38,365 bases of DNA from Alphaproteobacteria bacterium. Its GTDB lineage: Bacteria > Pseudomonadota > Alphaproteobacteria > GCA-2746255. The stretch is from contig JAJFGH010000097.1 in assembly GCA_021776275.1 (NCBI GenBank), positions 1-38,365 on the forward strand, read 5' to 3'. How positions within the stretch are numbered: position 1 is the first letter of the stretch; each line of letters starts with the position of its first letter. The position numbers were made by a program, and so were the translations under genes. The notes beneath the pieces are model-generated. The model did no database searches. It was given only the letters and a program-made list of their open reading frames with translations, and was not told the DNA's origin. Positions 1 through 9,797 of the stretch are shown here, piece by piece.

Positions 1-602
1 GCAAGCAACAGAAGGTTGTCCACATGGTAATCGCGAAGGACGAGGGTTTCCGCAACGTCGCCGGCAAGTTTCAACAGCGGCGGCCAAAGCGCGGCATAGG
101 CCGCGCGCGCAAGGGGCGGCACCGCCTGCCCCGTCACGGCAGGCAGGTACCAATCCGTTAGCAGCATGGCTTCTTCGAGAAAACGTTCCTCCGTATAGGA
201 CGGCAGCGCATCCGGCACGGCTTCGCGCAAAGGGCGGCGGTGAAGATCGATGAGAAGGTCGACCGCAAGCCGGTAGAGGGGTTCTTCTTCCTCCCCATTG
301 GCAAACAAATTGGTGTAGGTCGTGTCGCCCAAATCTTCGAGCAGCACAAACCCTTTTTCCCCATCGACGGCAAACACCTCCGGCGCGCTATAGCCGAGCC
401 CCTGCAGATGCGCCGCCAACGCGACGAAGGGGCCCACGTCTTCGCGGGCGGGCGGTGCGTCCATCAAAACGAACCGGCTTTTCGTATTGGCAATGCGGTA
501 ATAGCTGCGAAAGGATGCGTCGCCGGCAAGGGGCGTTGCCTTGGCGGCATCCAGACCCTGGGATTCGAGAAAGGCGCGTCGGAGCGCGCTGCGTTCAACC
601 AT
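1..602 (-). CDS. Aminoglycoside phosphotransferase family protein (AmgK-like MurNAc/GlcNAc kinase), runs off the window start
   Basis: Manual translation from ATG at 602: MVERSALRRAFLESQGLDAAKATPLAGDASFRSYYR...; the LAGDASFRxYxR loop, LLLEDLG and LVLRDYHVDNLL (Brenner motif) are present. Overlaps the tsaE stop, the usual tsaE-amgK synteny. Confidence 0.85.
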   Translation of the reverse strand, partial: MVERSALRRAFLESQGLDAAKATPLAGDASFRSYYRIANTKSRFVLMDAPPAREDVGPFVALAAHLQGLGYSAPEVFAVDGEKGFVLLEDLGDTTYTNLFANGEEEEPLYRLAVDLLIDLHRRPLREAVPDALPSYTEERFLEEAMLLTDWYLPAVTGQAVPPLARAAYAALWPPLLKLAGDVAETLVLRDYHVDNLLLL

Positions 603-1074
603 CCAAATCCGCCTCGGCATCCAGATCTTCCAAGCGTTGGGCCCAACTGCCGTGCCCCATCATCACGACATGGCGGGCGTCCGGATTCTTGCCCTGGGTC
701 AACAGGATGTCGAGCCGGTCTTTGGGCAGCCAGTGTCCCAGCCGGCCCGGCCACTCGATCAGGGAAACCCCTTCCGCAAAGGCCTCCTCGATGCCGAGCT
801 CCACGGCATCTTCCGCCTTTTGAAGCCGATAGAGATCGAAATGCCAGATGGCAAAGCCGGGAAGGTCGTAGATCTGCGCGAGGGTGAAGGTCGGCGACGG
901 CACGTCCTCCTTCAGCCCCCCGGCACGGGCATGGATGAAGGCGCGGGCGAAGGTCGTCTTGCCAGCGCCAAGGTCGCCGCCGAGGCCAATCACGTCGCCG
1001 CGGCGGACCCGCCCGGCAAGGATTTGGGCAAGCCTTTCCGTCGCCGCCTGATCGGCAAGGTCCCGTTTCACCAT
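595..1074 (-). CDS. tsaE: tRNA threonylcarbamoyladenosine biosynthesis ATPase TsaE
   Basis: GDLGAGKTTFAR Walker A, VPSPTFTL, HFDLYRL and LIEWP motifs. Start is 1074 or 1101. Confidence 0.95.
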   Translation of the reverse strand: MVKRDLADQAATERLAQILAGRVRRGDVIGLGGDLGAGKTTFARAFIHARAGGLKEDVPSPTFTLAQIYDLPGFAIWHFDLYRLQKAEDAVELGIEEAFAEGVSLIEWPGRLGHWLPKDRLDILLTQGKNPDARHVVMMGHGSWAQRLEDLDAEADLDG

Positions 1075-1153
1075 CCGGCTTGAAAGCCCGTTTTCGGCCA
1101 TGCTTTTGTTTGTAGACGCGCCGACGCCGCCCCGCAACGGCCTCGGTTCGCCG

Positions 1154-3676
1154 TCAGGCGCCGCCTTTGGCCGACCGCCCACCCGGCAAGGCATGGGCGC
1201 GCGCCGCCGGCCGGCCCCCATCGGCAGAGTACGGCAGGCAACAGCGCACGCGGGTGCCCTTGCCGGGCGTCGAATCCAGCACGATGCGCCCGCCATGGAG
1301 TTCAACGAATTTCTTCACCAGCGGCAAGCCAAGGCCCAGGCCGCCGCCCCTGCTTGTGCTGCCGCGCTCAAACCGTTCGAAGATGCGCTCCTGCTCCTCC
1401 GGCGGAATGCCGACGCCGCCATCCGACACGCTCAAAACCAGTTCCTCTTTTTCCTTGCGCGCCGAAAGCGAAATCTTCCCCCCCGGCGCACTAAAGTTAA
1501 TGGCGTTGTTCAAAAGCTTGAAGAGAGCCTGTTTCAAGCGCTGCTTGTCGGCCTGGATTGGCGGCAAATTCGACTCGGCATCCATCACGATCATCAGGTT
1601 TTTTTCGCTCGCCTTCTGTTGAACAAGCCTCTGCACATCTTCCAGCAGAGCCGGACCTGTCACCTCTTCCGGTTGCGCCGCCAACTGGCCGGCCTCGATC
1701 ACCGCAAGGTCGAGGATGTCGTTGATCAGCGAAAGCAGCACTTGCGAAGAATCGAGAATGCCGTCCACATAGCTTTCCTGCGCTTCCGTCAGTTCGCCAA
1801 AATAATGCTGCTCCAGCAATTGGGAAAACCCAATGATCGTATTCAAAGGGGTGCGAAACTCGTAGGAAACGTGGGCGACAAATTCCGACATCAATTTGTC
1901 CGCCGCTTCCAGCGCTTCGTTGCGTTCGCGCAACGCGCGCTCGACCCGGGTGCTGTCCGTCACGTCCACATACCGCCACAAGACGCCGCCATCTGGAAGC
2001 GGCAGGCTGGCGTAATCGATCGTTGTGCCACCCTGCCGGTCGAAGCGGCCACGCTTTGCCACGCGATCGCAGGTACCGCCGACGATTTTTTCGCGCAGCG
2101 CCGCCCAATCCGCCACGCTGGCGAAGCGTTCCGTCCGATCCGTCAGTTGCGCGACGTGGGGCTCACCTTCCAATTCGTCCTGAGAAAAACCCCAGATCCG
2201 CGCATAGGCCGGGTTGCTTAGCTTCAACCGCCCGTCGCTTCCAAAAACGGCGACCCCTTCGTAAAGATTGTCGAGGGATTGCTGCTGCACCTTGATCAAG
2301 GTGTTGTAGGAGCGTTCAAGGGCAAGCCGGTCCGTCACGTCCTCATAGGTGCAAAGTAGCCCGCCAAAGGGATGCGGCGAAACGGTCGAGCGCAGCGTCG
2401 TGCCGTCCGGAAGGTGCAAAAGCTCTTCGACCGGATCGATCAGCGAAGTAAAACGGGCAAGCTGTTCGTTCTTATAGGCGGGGAAATCGACCGTTTCCGG
2501 CAACCGCCTGCGCGCGCGCAGCGTCTCCAGCACTTCGCCCTGCATCGGCTCCATCTCCAGCCAGTTCTCATGCAAGCGCCAGAGATGGGCGAAGGCCCGG
2601 TTAAAAAATTTCAGCCGCATGTCCGGCCCGTAGATGGCGATCGCCGTTGCCAGCCCCTCCAGCACCTTCGCCTGGGCATCGATATGGCGGCCAAGCTCGT
2701 CCTGGACCCGTTCGATTTCCGTAAAGTCCTGGGAATAGCCGATCATGCCATCCTGATCGGGCTGGGGAATCTCGGTAATTTCAAGAAGGCGGCGAAAACC
2801 TTCGACAACGAAATGGTGGCTTTCCGATTGGGGCGAGCCGACGCGCTCGGCGCGTTTTGCCAAGGCTTGCCCCCGCTCGCCAATCACGCCCTCGGCAAAT
2901 TCCCGTTTGCGTTCAACCGCTTCCTCCGGCCGCATGCCGACAACGGCCGCATAAGCACGGTTGCAAAAAGAAAGCGCCAGATTTTTTCCGCGCTGCCACA
3001 CCGGAAAGGGCAGCCGGTCGAGAAGAAAGCGCAGTTGGTCCCGGTCTTTTAGGAGAACCGCGTTCCGTTCAAAAAGCGCGTCCGCATCGGCCTGGGCAAG
3101 CGTCACATCCTCCAGGCGAATGCCGTGGCCGAGAAGGATGCCGTCGGCGGCAACAATCTCGCTGCCATGGGCTTTCCATTTGCCCCCATCCGCCGCGACG
3201 AGGTTGAGAGTAAAATCCCCGCCCACGGCGCGAAGCTTTGCCGCCGCATCGCGAAGCTGCGCCTGGGCGGCACCATCGAAGCAGGCAAGCACGCTTTCAA
3301 AGCGCGGCGGCACATCGGCCGGCAATTTCAACAAGCCATGAAAGTCGCCGAAGCCGATCTCCGTTTCCGCGCCTGCGCGCCAGAAAAAGAAATCCCCCGG
3401 CGCGGCGCCAAGAAGGGCGCGCAATTCGCGCAATTCCTCTGCCGCGCGCCTTGCGGCCGCCAGCGCCGTTCGCTCGCGCCGCCGGGCCGGGCCCCCAAAG
3501 AGAAAAAGCCCAAGCACCAGCCCGGCGCCAAGCAGCGCCAAGCCTTGAAAAACAGGGTCGGAAAGAAAGGCCGCGCCTTCGGGCAGGCCAACAAACGGCA
3601 CCGCGGCGCCAAGCTTTCGCCCATGGCCGGTGACGAAGGCGGAGGAAGTTATCCCCGTTTTCCCCGTTTTCCACAT
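1154..3676 (-). CDS. divL: DivL-like multi-PAS sensor histidine (pseudo)kinase
   Basis: N-terminal TM helix, several PAS-like repeats, H-box VSYEFRTPL with Tyr at the His position, HATPase boxes (LLNNAINFS, DGGVGI, GLGLGL). Lies between ahcY and tsaE. Start uncertain; ATG 3676 chosen because the longer ORF overlaps ahcY. Confidence 0.8.
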   Translation of the reverse strand: MWKTGKTGITSSAFVTGHGRKLGAAVPFVGLPEGAAFLSDPVFQGLALLGAGLVLGLFLFGGPARRRERTALAAARRAAEELRELRALLGAAPGDFFFWRAGAETEIGFGDFHGLLKLPADVPPRFESVLACFDGAAQAQLRDAAAKLRAVGGDFTLNLVAADGGKWKAHGSEIVAADGILLGHGIRLEDVTLAQADADALFERNAVLLKDRDQLRFLLDRLPFPVWQRGKNLALSFCNRAYAAVVGMRPEEAVERKREFAEGVIGERGQALAKRAERVGSPQSESHHFVVEGFRRLLEITEIPQPDQDGMIGYSQDFTEIERVQDELGRHIDAQAKVLEGLATAIAIYGPDMRLKFFNRAFAHLWRLHENWLEMEPMQGEVLETLRARRRLPETVDFPAYKNEQLARFTSLIDPVEELLHLPDGTTLRSTVSPHPFGGLLCTYEDVTDRLALERSYNTLIKVQQQSLDNLYEGVAVFGSDGRLKLSNPAYARIWGFSQDELEGEPHVAQLTDRTERFASVADWAALREKIVGGTCDRVAKRGRFDRQGGTTIDYASLPLPDGGVLWRYVDVTDSTRVERALRERNEALEAADKLMSEFVAHVSYEFRTPLNTIIGFSQLLEQHYFGELTEAQESYVDGILDSSQVLLSLINDILDLAVIEAGQLAAQPEEVTGPALLEDVQRLVQQKASEKNLMIVMDAESNLPPIQADKQRLKQALFKLLNNAINFSAPGGKISLSARKEKEELVLSVSDGGVGIPPEEQERIFERFERGSTSRGGGLGLGLPLVKKFVELHGGRIVLDSTPGKGTRVRCCLPYSADGGRPAARAHALPGGRSAKGGA

Positions 3677-3738
3677 AGGCGCGAGTTTAGGCGCGAAGCC
3701 AGGCGTGAACAAGGCTGGGCGGGCTTGCGGCGGGACGG

Positions 3739-5037
3739 CTAGTAGCGGTAATAATCGGGCTTGAAGGGGCCTTCCGGCGTAACGCCGATGTATTTTGCCT
3801 GCGCCTCCGACAGCCGGGTCAGCTTTGCGCCAAGCTTCTCCAAATGCAGCGCCGCCACCTTCTCGTCGAGATGCTTCGGCAGCACATAGACTTCGCACCC
3901 ATAACTCGCATGGTTCTGCCAAAGCTCGATCTGGGCCAACACCTGATTCGAGAAAGACGCACTCATCACGAAGCTTGGATGCCCGGTCGCGCAGCCCAAA
4001 TTCACAAGCCGCCCCTTCGCCAACACGATCAGCCGCTTGCCATCCGGAAAGACCACCTCGTCGACCTGGGGTTTGACTTCTTCCCAGGTGTAATTCTTCA
4101 GCGAGTCGATTTGGATTTCGCTATCGAAATGGCCGATGTTGCAAACGATGGCGCGGTCCTTCATCGCCCGCATATGATCTTGCGTAATCACATCCAAATT
4201 TCCGGTCGCGGTGACAAAGATATCGCCGATCGGCGCCGCATCTTTCATCGTCGTGACTTCATAACCTTCCATCGCTGCTTGCAGCGCGCAGATGGGGTCG
4301 ACTTCCGTCACCATGACGCGCGCGCCCTGGCCCTGCAGCGATGCCGCGCAACCCTTGCCCACGTCGCCAAACCCGTTCACGACGGCGACCTTGCCCGCCA
4401 GCATCACGTCCGTGGCCCGCTTCACCCCGTCGATCAGGCTTTCGCGGCAGCCATAAAGATTGTCGAATTTCGATTTCGTCACCGAATCGTTCACATTGAA
4501 GGCAGGCGCCATCAGGCGGCCCGCTTCCTGCATTTCGCGCAGGCGCAACACGCCGGTCGTCGTTTCTTCGGAGATGCCCTTTACGCCCTTCATCCATTCT
4601 GGAAACTTTTCATGCATGACGCGGGTCAAATCGCCGCCATCGTCCAGAATCATGTTCGGCCGCCACCCATCCGGGCCTTCGATCGTCTGTTCAACACACC
4701 AGTCGTATTCTTCTTCCGTCTCGCCCTTCCAGGCAAAAACGGGAACTTGGCTGTCCTGCGCAACGGCGGCAGCGGCGTGGTCCTGGGTTGAAAAAATGTT
4801 GCACGAACTCCAGCGAATCTCGGCGCCCAGATCGCGAAGCGTTTCGATCAGCACCGCCGTCTGGATCGTCATATGCAGGCAGCCGGCGATGCGCGCGCCC
4901 TTGAGGGGCTGCGACTTGCCATATTCCTCACGCAGCGCCATGAGGCCTGGCATTTCCGTCTCGGCGATGGCGATCTCGCGACGCCCCCAGCCTGCCAGGG
5001 AAATGTCCTTGATCTTGTAATCGGTGAAGGATGCCAT
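3739..5037 (-). CDS. ahcY: Adenosylhomocysteinase
   Basis: [66 protein letters not shown]. Confidence 0.99.
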   Translation of the reverse strand: MASFTDYKIKDISLAGWGRREIAIAETEMPGLMALREEYGKSQPLKGARIAGCLHMTIQTAVLIETLRDLGAEIRWSSCNIFSTQDHAAAAVAQDSQVPVFAWKGETEEEYDWCVEQTIEGPDGWRPNMILDDGGDLTRVMHEKFPEWMKGVKGISEETTTGVLRLREMQEAGRLMAPAFNVNDSVTKSKFDNLYGCRESLIDGVKRATDVMLAGKVAVVNGFGDVGKGCAASLQGQGARVMVTEVDPICALQAAMEGYEVTTMKDAAPIGDIFVTATGNLDVITQDHMRAMKDRAIVCNIGHFDSEIQIDSLKNYTWEEVKPQVDEVVFPDGKRLIVLAKGRLVNLGCATGHPSFVMSASFSNQVLAQIELWQNHASYGCEVYVLPKHLDEKVAALHLEKLGAKLTRLSEAQAKYIGVTPEGPFKPDYYRY

Positions 5038-5165
5038 GAAACGTCTAACCCTTCTGCTGCTGCGTGACTGCGCCGGACGGGGCTGCCGACCGGGCGCTTG
5101 AAGATGGGCCTCGACATAGCAGCATTTTTAAGCGGCAATCAAGGGGGTGAACTCCTTCGCACGGG

Positions 5166-5459
5166 TCACGCTTCGTCGAACCCATCGCGGACAAGGCCAG
5201 ACAGCGCCGCGAGCGCCGCTTCCGCGTCTCGGCCCGTCGCCTCAATTTCGATCCGCGTGCCGCGGCTTGCCGCCAGGGTCAGCAACCCCATGATCGAAAG
5301 CCCGGACACGGCAATGCCGCGTCTTTGCACCATGATTTCCGCCTCGAAGCGCGCCGCGGTGCGCACAAATTTTGCCGCCGCCCTGGCATGCAGCCCGCGT
5401 TCGTTGCGAATCGTCAGGCGCGCCTTGAAGCCGCCTTCCGGCTTTTTCTCCTGCGCCAC
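5166..5459 (-). CDS. ptsH: Phosphocarrier protein HPr/NPr
   Basis: GLHARAAAKFV (phospho-His) and SIMGLLTLAA (regulatory Ser) motifs. Confidence 0.93.
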   Translation of the reverse strand: MAQEKKPEGGFKARLTIRNERGLHARAAAKFVRTAARFEAEIMVQRRGIAVSGLSIMGLLTLAASRGTRIEIEATGRDAEAALAALSGLVRDGFDEA

Positions 5460-5468
5460 GAAGCCTCG

Positions 5469-5879
5469 CTAGGCCTTTGCTTCTTCGGCAAGCAGATGCG
5501 AGGCGACGTTGATGTATTTGCGCCCGGCTTCCTGCGCCGCCGCCACCGCCGTCCCGATGCTGTCCTTTTCGCGAAGGCTCGCAAGCTTGATCAACATCGG
5601 CAAATTTAAACCGGCAATCACCTCGGTCTGCACGCGGTCCATGATGGAAATGGCCAGATTGGATGGCGTGCCGCCAAACATGTCCGTCAGCACAACGACG
5701 CCCTTGCCGGTATCGACCTCCGACACGCGCGCGAGAATTTCCTCGCGGCGCTTTTCCATATCGTCATCGGGATGGATGCAGACAGTTTGAAGTTGTTTTT
5801 GCGGACCAACAATATGCTCAAGCGCTTTGACGAATTCATCCGCCAAATGGCCATGGGTCACCAATACAAGTCCAATCAT
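5469..5879 (-). CDS. PTS EIIA component, mannose/fructose family
   Basis: LVLVTHG, LTDMFGGTPSN and GLNLPMLIKL motifs; position in the alphaproteobacterial PTS cluster. Confidence 0.95.
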   Translation of the reverse strand: MIGLVLVTHGHLADEFVKALEHIVGPQKQLQTVCIHPDDDMEKRREEILARVSEVDTGKGVVVLTDMFGGTPSNLAISIMDRVQTEVIAGLNLPMLIKLASLREKDSIGTAVAAAQEAGRKYINVASHLLAEEAKA

Positions 5880-5888
5880 GGAATCCTC

Positions 5889-6773
5889 TTACGAAGGCTG
5901 CTCCAACAAATTGCCAAGCTCGCGATGCCGAATGGAGGCATGCCGCCCTTCCTGGGACAACCATTCGCCGAGCTTTTCGGCGACAAAGACCGAACGGTGC
6001 CGCCCGCCCGTGCATCCAATAGCGATCGTCAGATACGTCTTTCCTTCTTCTTCATAGCGGGGAAGCAGCATGCTCAGCATGGCCGTCAAACCCTTGAAGA
6101 AAGAGTCGAAGCCCGGGTCTTTTACGATGTGCTCGCCGACCTCCCTATCACGCCCGCTAAGCAGCCGCAACGCCGGGACGTAATGCGGATTTGCCAAAAA
6201 GCGCACGTCGAAAACCAGATCCGCCTCCCGGGGAAGCCCGTTTGCATAGGCAAAAGACGTCACGAAAAGCCGAAGTTTCGGCACATCGCCGCCGCCGAAA
6301 ATTTCTTTCAATTGCTGGCGCAATTCCCAGGGCGAAAACCGCGTCGTATCCAAGACCATGTCGGCGCGCTCGCGAAGGGGCGCCAGCAACTGTCGCTCAT
6401 GGGCGATTTCGTCCAGCACCGGCCGGTCGCCTCCCATCGGATGGCGGCGGCGCGTTTCCGTGTACCGGCGCAGCAGCGCCTCGTCGTCGCAATCGAGGAA
6501 AAGAAGCTGCAGAGCGAGACCCTCGGATTCTCCCAGCGATTTGATTTCGTCCAGCAGGCTCTCCGCTTCGAAATCCCGCGTGCGAATGTCCACCCCGATC
6601 GCCAAGGGGCGCGCGAAACTATCCGGCGAAGAAAGAAGCCGCCGAAGAAGCGAGAGCGGCAAATTGTCGATTGCCTCGAAACCAAAATCTTCCAGCGCGC
6701 GCAAGCTCGTCGTATGGCCGGCGCCGGAAAGGCCCGTCACCAAAAGGACGCGTTGCTCGGAAGGGGCTGCCAT
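5889..6773 (-). CDS. rapZ: RNase adapter RapZ (YhbJ family P-loop protein)
   Basis: VTGLSGAG, IDNLP, RRYTETRRRHP, DVRFLANPHY, IAIGCTGGRHRSV. Confidence 0.95.
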   Translation of the reverse strand: MAAPSEQRVLLVTGLSGAGHTTSLRALEDFGFEAIDNLPLSLLRRLLSSPDSFARPLAIGVDIRTRDFEAESLLDEIKSLGESEGLALQLLFLDCDDEALLRRYTETRRRHPMGGDRPVLDEIAHERQLLAPLRERADMVLDTTRFSPWELRQQLKEIFGGGDVPKLRLFVTSFAYANGLPREADLVFDVRFLANPHYVPALRLLSGRDREVGEHIVKDPGFDSFFKGLTAMLSMLLPRYEEEGKTYLTIAIGCTGGRHRSVFVAEKLGEWLSQEGRHASIRHRELGNLLEQPS

Positions 6774-6788
6774 CTGCCGTCCGCGTCC

Positions 6789-7220
6789 TCAGGCTGCCCG
6801 GCCGTCGTTGCGGCTTGCCTCGATGGCGTAACGCAGCTTTGCCACGGCCGAGGCCTCGAAGGGGGCGATGGAAATGCGCGCCAGGGCAACGCCCAAATAG
6901 CTGCAATCCTCTTTTTCCGGCATGCGCGAGAGGGCCTCGGGCGAAACCAAATCCACGACCAGCTCAAGGGGCGTCGGCGGCGCGACCGGAACTTCGACAA
7001 GCCCCACGCCACGAATTTCCAACAGGCCGGAAATCGGCGGCGGCGGCGACGCGAGAAGCCGGCCATCCTGCAAGGCAAGCGCCGTCTGATCGTCGGCGAT
7101 GAGCTGCCCGCCCGCTTCGATCAGGCGCAGGGCCAAGTCGGACTTGCCGCTGCCGGAGGGCCCGCGCAGGAGAAGCGCCGCGCCCTTCCAAACGACGCTG
7201 GTACCATGAACTTGCAACAT
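6789..7220 (-). CDS. hprK: HPr kinase/phosphorylase, short alphaproteobacterial form
   Basis: VHGT, GPSGSGKSDLAL Walker A, IADD and GLLEIRGVG motifs; ATG at 7220. Confidence 0.9.
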   Translation of the reverse strand: MLQVHGTSVVWKGAALLLRGPSGSGKSDLALRLIEAGGQLIADDQTALALQDGRLLASPPPPISGLLEIRGVGLVEVPVAPPTPLELVVDLVSPEALSRMPEKEDCSYLGVALARISIAPFEASAVAKLRYAIEASRNDGRAA

Positions 7221-7320
7221 GCGGCGTTGGTCCTTGCCAATCTTGAAAGATTGTCCGACCGTGAAAGGATCGCAGGATTGCGGAACCGCCGCAAGCCCGG
7301 CCGGACGGCCCAAAGGGCGC

Positions 7321-7854
7321 CTAATGGCCGCCTTCTTCCCCATGTTCCATCGCCCGGGTATCCGTCGCGCCGGTATCCGTCGCGCCAGGGCGCATCGTTC
7401 CAGGGCCCTCGGCGCCAAGCGCCAAAATCGGCACGGCAATTTCCATCGCCGGCGCCTGGGCAAAACGCAGCCGCAGCGTCAGCGTCGCCCCCTCCTTCAA
7501 GGGCGCGCCAAGCCCCATCAGCATGATGTGGCGCCCCCCCGGTGCAAGGGAAATGGCCTCGCCGACGGGCAAGGCAAGGGCCTCGATTTTCCGCATCCGC
7601 ATGACGTCGCCATCCATTTGCATGCCGTGCAGCGCCGCCCGTTCCGCCTGGGGAGAGGCGACCCCCAAAAGCTGGTCCGCCGAGGGCCCGCCATTTTGCA
7701 AGGTCAGGTAAACGGCCCCCGTCCGCGCCCCGTCCGGGGTCGCCCGGGCCCAGGCATCGGATAGGGCAAGCCCGGCCCCGCCGCCCTCTTCACACGCCGA
7801 AAGGCCCAGCGCAAGCAGAAGGACCAGGAACCGTGTTTTGCGAAAAAGACTCAT
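7321..7854 (-). CDS. Copper chaperone PCu(A)C family lipoprotein
   Basis: Lipobox LSAC, AWARAT, GAVYLTL, copper motif H-x-M...M-x-M...PGGRHIMLMGL. Confidence 0.9.
   Translation of the reverse strand: MSLFRKTRFLVLLLALGLSACEEGGGAGLALSDAWARATPDGARTGAVYLTLQNGGPSADQLLGVASPQAERAALHGMQMDGDVMRMRKIEALALPVGEAISLAPGGRHIMLMGLGAPLKEGATLTLRLRFAQAPAMEIAVPILALGAEGPGTMRPGATDTGATDTRAMEHGEEGGH
7357..7386. repeat. 15 bp tandem duplication (ggtatccgtcgcgcc x2) encoding GATDT-GATDT
   Basis: Read directly; in-frame in the C-terminal tail of the copper chaperone. Confidence 0.8.
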
Positions 7855-8008
7855 GGAAACGCTTCTCCTGAACGGCGATGGGGGCAAATGGATGGCCATC
7901 TAGCCACGATTTGACAGCCCAAGGAAGCCCCCGCAGGGCCCGCAAAAAAAATCCGGAGCCATGGCCAAATCCCCTTGAAAAATAACGCTTTTTTGTAGGC
8001 GCACCCAT

Positions 8009-8037
8009 TTGATTCAAACGCTCGCTTCCGGCATGAT
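8009..8037 (+). promoter_or_regulatory. Possible sigma70 promoter of pckA
   Basis: TTGATT-N17-CATGAT about 80 bp upstream of the pckA start; pattern match only. Confidence 0.3.
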
Positions 8038-8115
8038 ACAGGCCGCTTTGGAGAAGGGTCGCAGCGATAACGGCCCCCAAAACTTACGCAACACCTGCCC
8101 AAAAGGGGGAAGACC

Positions 8116-9723
8116 TTGCAGCAAACTGGCCCCGTACAAAGTCACCATGGCCTAGACCACCACGGCATCCGGAACGTTTCCGCGGTCCATTGGAATTACG
8201 CGACCGCGTCCCTTTACGAAGAAGCCATCCGGCGCGGCGAAGGCAAATTGGCCCATGGCGGCGCCTTCATCGCCCATACCGGCGTGCATACGGGCCGATC
8301 GCCGAACGATAAATTCTTCGCCAAGGAACCCGGAAGCGAAGCCAACATCAACTGGGGCAACGTCAACCGGCCCATCGAGCAAGCCCAATGCGAAGGCCTT
8401 TACACGCGCATGCTTGCTTATTTCGAAGGCCGCGAACTTTTCGTTCAGGATTGCTACGCCGGCGCCGATCCGGCATTTCAGTTGCACGTGCGCGTCGTCA
8501 CCGAAACGGCGTGGCACAATTTATTCGCTCGCAACATGTTCATTCAGCCCGGGGGCGATGATCTTCGCAATTTCACGCCGCAATTCACCATCCTGCACGC
8601 GCCGAACTTTCAGGCCGTGCCCGAGATTGATGGCACGAATTCGGACGTCTTCATCATTGCTGATTTTTCGAAACGCCTGATTCTGATCGGCGGCTCAAGC
8701 TATGCCGGCGAGATCAAGAAATCCGTCTTTAGTATTCTGAATTACTTGCTGCCGGAACGCGGCGTCCTGCCAATGCACTGCTCGGCGAATATTGGGGCAG
8801 ACGGCAATACGGCCATCTTCTTCGGCCTTTCCGGAACCGGCAAGACGACCCTTTCCGCGGACGCAAAACGCACCCTGATCGGCGATGACGAGCATGGCTG
8901 GGGCGACAATGGCGTGTTCAATTTCGAGGGCGGCTGCTACGCGAAAGTTATTCGCCTGAGCCCAACGGCGGAGCCGGAAATTTTCGCCACCACGCGGCGT
9001 TTCGGCACGATCCTGGAAAACGTTGCCTTCAACGAGGGCAGCCGGATGCTGGATCTGGACGACGCGACGCTGACGGAGAACACGCGCGCCTCCTATCCCA
9101 TCGACTTCATTCCGAATGCCAGCGAGACGGGCACGGGCGGGCATCCACAAACGATCATCATGCTGACGGCGGATGCCTTTGGGGTGCTGCCTCCGATTAG
9201 CCACCTTTCGCCGGAACAGGCGATGTACCACTTCCTGTCCGGCTACACGGCGCGCGTCGCCGGCACCGAAAAAGGCGTCGGGGCCGAGCCCCAGGCCGCC
9301 TTCTCCACCTGCTTCGGCGCCCCCTTCATGCCGCGCCATCCGACGGTTTACGCGAAGCTGCTGCGGGACAAGATCGCCAAGAACAAGGTGAATTGCTGGC
9401 TCGTGAATACGGGCTGGAGCGGCGGCGGTTACGGCGTCGGCGAACGGATGAAGATCGGCTACACCCGGGCGATGGTCCATGCCGCCCTCGACGGCCGGCT
9501 GGCCCAGGCCTCCATGACGAAGGACCCGAATTTCGGTCTTCAGATTCCGGAAAGCTGCCCGAACGTGCCCGACGAAGTGTTGAACCCGCGGCACACCTGG
9601 GCCGACAAGCAAGCCTATGACACAACGGCCCGCGACCTTACCCAGCGTTTCGAGAAAAACTTCAAGCAGTTCGAAAGCCACGTGGACGACAAGGTAAAAG
9701 CCGTTTCGATCCGCGCCGCATAA
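8116..9723 (+). CDS. pckA: Phosphoenolpyruvate carboxykinase (ATP)
   Basis: TGRSPNDKF, YAGEIKKS, MHCSAN, GLSGTGKTTLS, LIGDDEHGW, NFEGGCYAK; TTG start after a GGGGGAAG RBS. Confidence 0.98.
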   Translation: MQQTGPVQSHHGLDHHGIRNVSAVHWNYATASLYEEAIRRGEGKLAHGGAFIAHTGVHTGRSPNDKFFAKEPGSEANINWGNVNRPIEQAQCEGLYTRMLAYFEGRELFVQDCYAGADPAFQLHVRVVTETAWHNLFARNMFIQPGGDDLRNFTPQFTILHAPNFQAVPEIDGTNSDVFIIADFSKRLILIGGSSYAGEIKKSVFSILNYLLPERGVLPMHCSANIGADGNTAIFFGLSGTGKTTLSADAKRTLIGDDEHGWGDNGVFNFEGGCYAKVIRLSPTAEPEIFATTRRFGTILENVAFNEGSRMLDLDDATLTENTRASYPIDFIPNASETGTGGHPQTIIMLTADAFGVLPPISHLSPEQAMYHFLSGYTARVAGTEKGVGAEPQAAFSTCFGAPFMPRHPTVYAKLLRDKIAKNKVNCWLVNTGWSGGGYGVGERMKIGYTRAMVHAALDGRLAQASMTKDPNFGLQIPESCPNVPDEVLNPRHTWADKQAYDTTARDLTQRFEKNFKQFESHVDDKVKAVSIRAA

Positions 9724-9763
9724 ACGAACGTCCTTCAGGTCTTCTGGGAGGAGACGTGAAATG

Positions 9764-9797
9764 AGAAGCCGGTCCCTTTGGGGCCGGCTTCTTTTTT
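9764..9797. terminator. Intrinsic terminator between convergent pckA and polA
   Basis: agaagccggtccc-tttg-gggccggcttct hairpin followed by a T-tract on +. Confidence 0.8.

Noticed and set aside
3739-5037. Functional link between ahcY and the four methyltransferases downstream
   Set aside because: ahcY is in its conserved core position (HPr-ahcY-divL-tsaE), so the proximity is probably coincidental.
5038-5165. SAH riboswitch upstream of ahcY
   Set aside because: The minus-strand leader lacks the GAGGAGCG...AGGCTC...CGCTC core as I recall it. An Infernal/Rfam scan would be decisive.
6789-7220. Truncated or pseudogene hprK
   Set aside because: A short HprK lacking the N-terminal domain is the normal alphaproteobacterial form, and the catalytic motifs are intact.
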